Below, piece after piece: positions 53,575 through 64,000 of a stretch of 64,000 nt of DNA. Positions within the stretch are counted from its first letter, which is position 1, and every line of letters starts with the position of its first letter. A program made the translations under genes and the position numbers. The stretch lies in NCBI GenBank assembly GCA_053919585.1, contig CM132787.1. One strand, 5' to 3'. Under the pieces are notes generated by a model. The model was not told the DNA's origin, ran no database searches, and saw only the letters and a program-made list of their open reading frames with translations. Source of the stretch: Euprymna scolopes. Its lineage: Eukaryota.

Positions 53575-55330
53575 TAATGTTTGGATTCATCGGACTACTG
53601 TTTTCATTTTGTGTGTGATTTTCATAACGTTTCGCTCGATGTAAACTCGGACCTTATTCAGGTGTATCTTGTTGAACTAAAGTTCCTGTCGGACTCGGGA
53701 ATTTTGACGGAATTTCGCGCAGAACCCATAATTTACGTCAAGGGGGTAGCATGCTCTCGTTCTGTAAGCCATGATTGGATGGAGGTCCTTTATACTTTGC
53801 AATTGTATTTTTCTGTCGCCCACACTGGGTATTGAACTTTCAACCTTCAGGAAAACATCACTTTTATAATGGATTTTCCAAGTTATCTACACACTACGCA
53901 AGGGATCCTTGCAACTAATTCTGGTACAAGTTTTAGAAGCCTGTAAATATGAGTATTCATTACCAATTCTTACGTAATACCTCTTAACAACTCTTGATAT
54001 GCACGTCATTTACTATATATTGCTTTTGCTCGGTGTTGTACGCAATAGACAATTCCTTTTTTTACGTTAAATTGATGGTGGACGTTGAAGTTTAGGTACT
54101 ATCCAGTGAAAAATGGCCTTATGTATATTCTTTTTCCATTGTGAATGATATAGTTTGACGGATCCAGTTCACATGGTCTAGTAAAGTTTGAATATCTTCC
54201 TGATGGAGCCCGAATATGAATGTGTCGTAATTATATCGAAACTAAATTGTTGGATTTAATGGTGTTGATCCTATTGCCATTTCCCCGGTTTATTCCATGT
54301 ATGTATTGGGCCGTACTGCGGACAATGGTGATCCCAATGGTAGATGTCTCTCTTGTCGATATATATATATATATCAGATCCCATCATGAAGTATGTAGTT
54401 TTTACCCAAAAGGTCAACATCTACATCATATTGTCAATTGAGATGCAAGTGCATTTCTTCAGTAAGGTATAAGAACTCAGCTTATCCCTTACCACTGTCA
54501 GAGTCTCATCAGTGGGGACTTTCATGAACAGACAAATTACACCTAGACTCCCCATTTACTTTGAATGAATGGGAGCATTGTTTATTATTTCCATGAAGTG
54601 AGCTTAGTCCTTGACTCAGGAATTTTGACGAAATTTTAGGGGAACACTTCGCGGGGCTAACATGCTCTGGTTCTCTCAGCCATGACTGGATAGAGGTCCT
54701 AAGTAATTCGAAATTGTATTATTCGGTCGCCTACACTGAAGATTGAACCGTCCACTTACAGGAGAATAGAACCCTTACAATGGATTTTTCCATATACTCT
54801 AACTACTGCGAAATTGTTGACAATTATAATATAAATTTTAGGAGCCTTAAATCTATTTAATTTCTATTTGTAAATATGAGTATTTATTACCAATATATTA
54901 ACGTATATCTGTCTCTCTATATTAATGTTACTTGTATATATTATCTATTGTTTATGATTAATTGTTCCCATATCGTATTATATCCTATACTATGTCTTCT
55001 TAGTAATTGGTTATTCCCTAGTATATGTGTTTTATTATTCAGTCGTCTTACTCTCTACTGTTCTTCTCTGTCTATGATTTTTACTTCATCTCATGATGTT
55101 AGATTGGTTCCCTTGTCGTTTCAGATATGGACAGCTATACCTGATTTGTTTAATATCCCCACGTACTACAGCTTTTCGAAGTTCTTTTAACCGTACTCTT
55201 AGTTGATTACACGTCTCATTTTTGTATAGTTTTCCACATTTACATGGGATTTCATATACATAGTTCGTAGTCATGATTATTTCTGTTGGGTGGTTGACAC
55301 TCACACGCTGTTACCAGAAATGGATATCTT
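53575..55330 (-). mobile_element. Decayed, partially tandem Penelope-like element
   Basis: GIY-YIG YVYEIPCKCGKLYKNET (55086-55304); RT fragments at 53970-54850; the RT N-terminal region is duplicated at 53575-53960. Confidence 0.75.
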
Positions 55331-55435
55331 CTGAATACTGTCCTGATGTCATTTGGAATACATATTCGTTGAGGATTTTTTCAGACAAGCCTTCATATAT
55401 TGTATACAAACTGTGGTGAGCTTCAAAGTGGTGTT

Positions 55436-55499
55436 TTTGTGTATTGTCCAGATTTTTTGTGTATTGTCCAGATTTTTTGTGTATTGTCCAGATTTTTTG
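55436..55499. repeat. 20-bp tandem repeat, three copies
   Basis: Unit ttttgtgtattgtccagatt. Confidence 0.9.
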
Positions 55500-55618
55500 G
55501 TGCTGATGTTATACTCTCTAGATAGTTGTTTCCGTTCATCACTTGCCTCAAGTCGAAAACATTCCCGATTATGGCGAATTTCTTTTAATACTCGATTATA
55601 ACGGACTATTCTTGATAG

Positions 55619-55671
<53 letters not shown>

Positions 55672-58079
55672 ACAATACACTACACGCTTAATATATCAGA
55701 TGCTGTACGGTCATAATATATTACCGGGTGGAGAGTCAAATACAATTTAGGATACGTCGAATATTCTAAATGGTTATGAAAAGTGATCACATGTTAGATT
55801 TGTCGAAGCATACAGCACGTCGATGTGCTTCATGAAAATCAAATTCGAAGTAATTTCTTCTAGCTTAAACAGGAAATAAGTCTTATAGCTTAAATAAATA
55901 AGCTTGCCTCCAGTTTAAAATGCAACTGTTGTCAGTAATATATAAGTGAACTAAATAAAATTAAATATAAATTTAATTACAAATAAATTAAATATATTAC
56001 CTTAAAATAATATTCCTTAATAGAACAATTCAAACGATTCTATGGCAACAAAAAATTAATAAACAGATGACGATGATAATGAGTGAGACATATCTGACTA
56101 GGATGATTCTTGTTAACAGATATAGAGGAAAGGAAATATTTTCCTGGTGATGGTGGAGGCACATTACTTGTAAGGGGTGTACAATGCTCGTTACAAGATG
56201 AGGATAAAACACATTTACCTTTTCTATTGTAAGGAATGACGACACGAGACAACATTTACACACATAGTTGGTTTCTTTATTCTTCAACCGGCCGACTGGT
56301 GATGTCAGGAATTCCAACTTGGATCTACGCGGTCTATTTTATCCCTCCGCTTCTAAGGGGCTCTTCCCTCGATGTCCCCTAACTGATTCTCTGTCATCAG
56401 CTCTCTAACTTCGAACACATAGATTACTATATTGAGAAATCTCCTTTGTTTATGACGTCAGAAGTGTGTTTACCAATATGTCTACTTTCACGTGGATTTA
56501 CAAATGTTTGTCCAAACAGACTTTTGGCAAAGAAAGAATCCTCAATATAATTGTTTAATATCTAAGCTATTTTTAAACAATATTTTAATCCGCTTCGTCC
56601 ATTCTTTTAACTGACATATTAAATATCCAGCTTTCTAAAAGAATGGACAATCAACTCTTTTTCTGACATAAAAATATTATACTATTTCTAATAGAATTTC
56701 CAATGGACTGAATTTCTCAGATTTTTAATTCAATTATCTTTACCACGTGCCAACAGGGTTCGATTCTAGTCTCTTTCTAATAGCATTTTTACTTATCTAA
56801 TATGTCTTCCTACTTACATGAGAAGGGAGCAGGCCTTTCACGTAACACTTAGTATATTTAGAATTCCTGCTGCAATAAAAAGGTATGCCAGTCTATTTAC
56901 ACTATGAAAATTGATTTAGGAAACACTGTACTAGTTTTCCATATTAATTTAATTATGAAATAACAGAATCACGCAATAACACAACTTAATTATAATATTA
57001 GATTCGAACAAGCAAGGCAACCATGGCGGATTGATTTTTTAATTCTTTTTGAAATCTTTTCTTCGTCCAAATAACCGTTTCACATCTGTCAGGAACTGGC
57101 TGATGTAATCACCACATTTGTTTAAGTTCGAATACGTTCTGTCTTGATTCATCGTCTTGATTTACCTTACTAGTTTTGCATTATTTATAGACTATTTTTA
57201 ATTATTTTATTACATGCATAATTATTTCATTGCCTTATTATTTTAATAAACTGGCTGAAGTACAGCGCATTGTCAGGTTGTATTTGATATATATGAATAT
57301 TTTGTGCTCACACATAATTATCTTACTGAATTAAGAAAACATTAATAAATAATGGTTTTTTTTTTACATATCTTCTATGAAGTAGGAGCGGTAAGTGCGG
57401 TTTATTTCATAGAAGTTTCGTCAGTAGCATTAATTCTCTAGTTTATTGTCTTCTTTCAAAATATAATACAAAAATCTAGGTATTAATAAGATAGCGCTTT
57501 TGATTCCGCTTGCCGTAAAATATGTGTAAAAATATTTAAAATCTTGTAGATATTCGCATTTATTTATACAAAAATATGATGGCAAAAGCTTAAAAACCAA
57601 TGATTGTGCTATAAGCTAGAATCGAAACCAAAACATTTTACGTCTCAGCCGACGTTAGTACCGAGACAAATTTTATGTGATTATACGCAGAAAGAAGTAT
57701 AAACATGTCGGCTAGTTGAAAAGAACATGTCGCCTTTCAGCATGACGGTATATGCCGGTATGCTTTATTCACGAACCCAACCAATGATTTTACTCGTTAT
57801 AAACCATCCTTTGGGTATATTTACTATTATATGTTAATTTCTGTGTTATGTTACCAGTAGTTAAGGAATTAACCTCTTAAATATTTGCACACACATATTC
57901 TACTGTGTTAATTATATAGACTTGCAAACATTCCACGATGTTACTATCTTATCGGTATTAGATTTTTTCGTTTGTTTATAATATTACAAGTTTTCGTTTA
58001 TTATTAGTCTGGTATACTATAAACGTGTTTACAAATAAAATCTTCATAAATTGCCGCAATGGATAAGAATGTTTATTAG

Positions 58080-61073
58080 TTAAATGGTTAAATAATGCCG
58101 TGCCTTCGAAACCACAATCTATGAAGCATTCTTTCGTAAAAGTATTAAAAAGAAAAAAAAGAATTGAGTACTAAGCCCACGCATTCACTAACATCCATGG
58201 GCTTAGAACTAATTTAGCTGATATTGAAGCATTTCTTCTAACAAATACCCCGGATATATTAGGACTAAGCGAGATTAACCTACACTCCTCCATCCACTCT
58301 AACTACTTTAACATGCCTGGATATCTCCCACTCTGCCGAAAGGACTCTGACAGACATATGCACGGACTTAGAGTCTACATTCGTAACACCCTCCCCCTAA
58401 CTAGAGAAACTAACCTAGAAACGGACGATCCAGCCTTTATGTGCTTTAGACTAAACATACAACACTTTTATTTTATCTACCGCTCTCCCTCGACCCAGGA
58501 CTGCACGATAGTAAACAAAGTCTCTGACAGTATACACACAGCATTCTCCCTCAACACTAGCGCACAAGTACATGTATTTGGTGACTTTAATGTTCACCAA
58601 AAAAACTAGCTTGGATTCTCTGACCACACAGATGCAGCGGGCAGCACAACACATAGTTTTGCTATATCTCACTCCCTATCACAAATAGTTACGTTTCCAA
58701 CCCGTTTCCCTGACCAGCAAGAACAACAAGCATCACTTCTAGATCTGTTTCTGATTGCAGTTCCCGAGGATTGTACAACAGATGCTGACAGCCCACTCGG
58801 GAACGCTGACCATGCAGTGATAATGGTAGAAATCGCCCTAAATTCTAGACCCAAAACTGAAGAGTCAGTGCTCAAAACAACGAGATATTATAATAAGGCT
58901 GACTGGGAAGCCATTATAGATCTTAACAGAGATGCCCCATGGGAAAATATTTTTCTCTTCCTGCTGAACAGTGCGCAAATGAGACCACTGAATGGTTCAA
59001 AACAGCAATGGAAGCACATGTTCCCATGCGGAAATTTTATAGCAAACCCCACTCTCCCCAATGTTTTACTTCGACTTGCGAAACTGTCATTGCTCTAAGG
59101 CAGCATGCATACCGCAGATTTAACCGACATAATTCCAGTTAAAATAAACAGAAGTATATAGAAGCTAGAAATAACGTTAAGAAAGAAATAGCGACAGCCA
59201 AGAGAGAATTTACTGAAACCACTAAAAAACGCATCGAAGCACAAAAATTAGCCAATCGTGACTTCTGGAAAATCTACAGCAGTGTAGTAAATAATGGGCA
59301 ATCAACAATTGCCCCGCTACCAACAATCACGAGGTTGTTTGCTCAGCAACCGACAAGGCTAATATGCTTGCCAGCCGGTTTGCCTCAAACTCCACACTGG
59401 ACCCTTCCAACCACCCCCTACCTGACTTTCCTTTGCGGACAGACGCCACACTAGATGATCTAAAATTCACCCCTGCTCAGGTACATACTATCATAAAAAC
59501 ATTGACACTTCAAAAGCATGTGGATCTGATCTCATCCCAGCTGTGCTATTAAAAAAGTACTCAGCGGGAGTAGCTCCAGTTCTCTCCAAACTCTACAACA
59601 AATGCCTTAATTAATCCTGCTTTCCGGGCTATTGGAAAACTGTTTCTGTGGTACCAATATTCAAGAATTCTGGCGAAAGAACTGACCCATCAAATTATCG
59701 CCCCATCAGCCTCCTCCCACTTTTCGCCAAAATATTTGAAACCATAATAAACCATGCTCTAGTCCAGCACCTTACAGATACTAAACTTCTGACTGGCAAC
59801 AATATGGATTTAGACAAGCCCGTTCCACAGCGTACATCCTCACTGTAATCTCTGAACGTATATAACATTCACTGGACAAAGCGGGGGAGGGCAGAGCGGT
59901 AGCTCTAGATATAGCTAAGGCTTTTGTCAGGGTGTGGCATGAGGGTCTCCTCAGGAAAATCAGATCATACGGTGTCCCTGGTAGAATACTTAGCATAATT
60001 GAATCCTTCTTAGATAAGAGAAAAATCCAGATTGTCCTCTACGGTCGTACATCTAAACAGTGTGATATAAATGCGAGAGTGCCTCAGGGGTCTATTGTTG
60101 GACCTCTATTGTTCCTGATATTTATTAATGACCTCCCCGACAAAACTGCCTCTGAGGTGGGTATATATTTTGATGACACTACACTCTATTACAGGCATGA
60201 TAGGAAAAGAAATGAACACATATCTAAAGAAATGGCAAAAACACAAGAGGATGACCTCCAATCTGTAGTGGAATGGGGGCATAAATTGATGGTCACATTC
60301 AATGCTGCCAAGACTAAACTTGTTTCCTTCAATAATTACAAGAAACCTTCTCTGCTACCAATAGCAATGGCCAGTGACTCCCTGTCTGAGAGTACATCTT
60401 TCAAACTGCTTGGCCTAACGTTCACAGGAAACATGAGCTGGAACAATTATATTTAAAACATTGCCAGGGCTGCTGCGAAAAGGGTAGGCTCTCTCTACCG
60501 TGCTAGAAAACTACTGACACCTGAAAGTATCCTGCACCTCTATAAAGCGATCATTCGCCCTTGTATGGAGTATTGTTGTCACATTTGGGCTGGTGCATCT
60601 GCTACTAGTCTCTCGCTCCTAGACAAAGTTCAACAAAGAGTCACAAATCTGATAGCATCTATGTTTCAGCCTCTGTCCCATCGACGAAATGTTCCATCCC
60701 TCTGCTTGTTCTACAAGTATTTTAATGGTGAATCCTCTGACAGACTGCAGACACTTGTGTCCCCACGACGTAGACACCTTCGACAACCCCGACAGGCAGC
60801 TAAATCCCACCCCCACACACTAGAGATCCCTTGATGTAAAAGATCTTTCTACTCTAGTAGTTTCTTCCCCAAAACTGTTAGACTCTGGAATTCCATTCCA
60901 TGTTCCTGCTTCCCTAACTGTACTGGCATGCAGAAGTTCAAGTGTAACGTGAACCGACATCTTGCTGCCCAAATCCCTACATAGTGCCCCAGTAGTTGCT
61001 GCCCCTGATAGTAGCCCCGTACACCAAAGTAGCAATGTGCCTTATTTGAGGTGAAAATGTAATAAAAAAAAAA
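58080..61073 (+). mobile_element. Decayed CR1-group LINE, same family as 38935-41836
   Basis: FTNIHGLRTN, YRSPS, FGDFNVH, NYRPISLLP, VPQGSIVGPLLFLIFINDL, YFDDTT, MEYCCHIWAGA; same 3' tail as the first copy. Confidence 0.92.
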
Positions 61074-61524
61074 CTATCAGCTATAATCGACACCGACACC
61101 AAAACCTATTACAAGAAATGGAAGTCCATAACAATTAAACGACAGTCACTCAGATGTAAGCGTGAAACATAAAATAAATAACACACACGCTATCCTATTA
61201 ATATGTAGATGATCTTAATAAATAATTTTGAAAAGAATTCAGAATTAAGTAAAAATTTTAATATGAAATAAAACATTGTTAACTACTTCATGTGACAAAC
61301 AATGGGACTGAATTATGACAAATATTGGCAGAATCTTTGCAATTTTTAAATATTTACTTCGGATTTCCGTGATTTATAATTCTCTAGTTTTTCAAGATTT
61401 TCTCTCTAAACATTACTTTATATGTATATGGTTGGTAAAACTGGTTATTAGTAAAAACCTGAAGAGAGTGTTCAATACTATTGCAGAGCAAATATATTTT
61501 TTTATTTTTTATTACCGTTTTATC

Positions 61525-61670
61525 TGTTTGGTTACATGTGTTTCGGATGTTGGGTCATGTTTACGATCCAACAGCCTGGTCCGATTTTACAGAAACCCTT
61601 TTTCTGTAAGGTCTGACGAGGCTGTTGGATCGTAAACATGCCCAACATCCTATGCATATGTAACCAAACA
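61525..61670. repeat. 146-bp near-perfect fold-back (MITE-like or long hairpin)
   Basis: Paired arms tgtttggttacat/atgtaaccaaaca, catgtttacgatccaacagcct/aggctgttggatcgtaaacatg and ttacagaaa/tttctgtaa; abuts an N gap. Confidence 0.85.
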
Positions 61671-62807
61671 NNNNNNNNNNNNNNNNNNNNNNNNNNNNNN
61701 NNNNNNNNNNNNNNNNNNNNNNNNNNNNNNNNNNNNNNNNNNNNNNNNNNNNNNNNNNNNNNNNNNNNNNNNNNNNNNNNNNNNNNNNNNNNNNNNNNNN
61801 NNNNNNNNNNNNNNNNNNNNNNNNNNNNNNNNNNNNTTTACCTTTGTTGAGGACACCAATGTATACTTTCGTTAATTCTTGCATGCCGAGGAAAATCTGA
61901 GAAAGTGAACTTGTCTAACTTCAATAAAAACTTTAAAGCAAAGATTAAAAATTATCACAAAAACACCTAAACCATGACAACTTTATCAGGTTCGGCATCA
62001 AGCAGCCTGGAAATAAATCCTATAAAGCTTCCGTATACAAAATATTTCAAATCCAAAAGTAGGGAATTATATGAAAAAGATAAGCAGCTGTATAAAACTG
62101 TTTATTTTGTCATGTAAATACTATGGAATTATATAAAGATAAATGTGTTTTATTTGTGTTCTGCTAATAGAAAAATATATGTAAAATACCACTGACACTA
62201 CGCGGAATAGTAAAAGTTCATTAAGTCAAATACATAAAAAATCAGTAACGATCCATCAACTTTTATTGAAATGCAGTATATCCTAACTGCCAGTCATGTT
62301 GCTTTATGGGATATCTACTATTAGACAAAAATGGATCACACAGACCGACATAAATATATCCAAAATCAACTGACTGACTTAACTTTTCTAACTGAAATAT
62401 CAGTAGTTTGTTAATTGTTGATACCATTGCCTTAGGGAACCTGAATCGTTGCTCTTGCCGAGCCTTAGGAATGTTCCGCTATGGCAATAGTTTTCCTGAC
62501 CTCGATGCAGTGCCACACAGTGACGCTGTTTCAGCGCTAAACCTTTAAATGATTTTCCTCCCTTGCTAAACCAGCTTTCACGGTTTCAGCAAACAAAATC
62601 CCAACACGCTAACACATAAATCCAAGTTCCGAATACATACAAGTACAATGACACAGAAATAAATGAGTTTCAGAAATGAATACCTTTCTTTATATATCTG
62701 GTGCAGATAATCATGTAAAGCTCGTCATAAAAAAGCATGTCAAATACAAACATACAACGCTTTAGATAATTTTAAATAAAACCCAAATAAAGTAATGAAA
62801 AACTTAC

Positions 62808-63540
62808 CTTGATCCATTTCTGTATAAAATCTACATTGATTATCATCTAATAGACTAGGACACTGACCGGTTATTTTATGCTAACGACTTTAGTGTAACA
62901 CATTCAGAGAGATGGTTTACATAGTATAAACAAACCTTCTCTCATCCCTAGAAGACGTAGACTTATAAAATAGAAGTATTCTCCTTCGTACAAGCATTAC
63001 TGAACCTGCTTGTTCTGGCTCAAAAATATGGCGGCCTATCAATTCCTTAGTATCATGTGGGCTATAATATAGAGCATAACCCAAAGTCTATCATACTTGA
63101 GGGACTCTTAGACTGCACTGTCTCACTCCAAACCAATAAAAGACTGAAATGCCTATCAGCTGTCTGAACAGCATTATCCAGAAATTGACCATCTGAAGAT
63201 GGGCAGCAACTACACACAGAATAAGATTTACTGCATGGACCTTGTGATATTCCCTTGCGAGATATACGTGTCAAGTTTGGGAGAAGTCAACGAATATACA
63301 AAACATAAGACTCATCATTGGTTGCAGGAAGCCTGCTCAGCTGAAAAACAGGCATCTCCTCAGGTGTATTGTTGGTGTAAATGTAAGCAGTAGTTTCCAA
63401 CTAATGAAACCATCATTCATGTAGGTATGGATAATATACAGGGGCACTAGTTTCATAGCCTCATCTACTTCAGAACAACCTACTTTGCAGTTTGCGATCC
63501 AAATGCGCAACATAACCAAGCAAGTGTTAGTTGGCAATTA
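62808..63540 (-). pseudogene. Possible pseudogenised coding exon of an unidentified gene
   Basis: Less AT-rich; protein-like frames joined by frameshifts and stops; ends at a consensus donor CAAG|GTAAGT near 62808. No family recognised. Confidence 0.2.
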
Positions 63541-64000
63541 TTAAGGTCTTCTACGAACAAAGATCACTATATGAGATTTTATTCAATAAAAACATAGCTC
63601 TGTGGATTCAGCACCTCAGACAATTTTTTTGTGAAGTAGAATTCGACTCAACATACGATGCGCATGGGTACAACCAGTCAATGGCATTAAAGAAGGAAAA
63701 TACCAAGACATAAAAATGATTGCTTGGAAAGCAGCACATTAATATAATTATACAGAGTAAACTGACGTGTACTCAGAAACAATAGCATCAACTGTTTTCT
63801 ATGAGTATAAAAGAATCGATGTTGTGTACTGAGATGACAGCCTAGGGTAATTGATATCCGGTTTGGATCAAACAAGTAGGGAGATAGTTTATTAGCGAAT
63901 TTTAACGGCGTAGTTTGTCAGAACATTGTCCTAGTAAATGAAATCTATGTCATATATGCCCGGTCTTCAATGGTTTGGAAATAGACTATTAAATAATAAT

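Overview
AT-rich animal (invertebrate-type) nuclear DNA with many (TA)n tracts and three N gaps. It is almost entirely transposon graveyard, and I find no intact, recognisable host gene. Decayed elements: three CR1-group LINEs, RTE- and Ingi-like LINE fragments, two Penelope-like elements, a mariner split by a solo LTR, and several non-autonomous Helitron-like elements. Two LTR-retroelement loci on the minus strand (13.5-19.7 kb and 22.3-30.2 kb) each carry a baculovirus-F/errantivirus-type env gene, but on unrelated gag/pol backbones. Three features stand out. (1) A young, near-identical 345-bp tandem repeat (33392-34025, minus strand) in which a tRNA-derived Pol III promoter sits directly upstream of an intact type I hammerhead ribozyme, with no T4 terminator on the transcribed strand; this is a retrozyme/Sm-alpha-like system. 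(2) A GC-rich, hairpin-dense tandem pair at 5504-6180 that keeps its stems while loops change and matches no RNA family I recognise. (3) The env cassette shared between an LTR-gag-pro-env element lacking RT/IN and an element with DIRS-like RT/RNase H plus DDE integrase. All calls were made by eye; most element boundaries are approximate.
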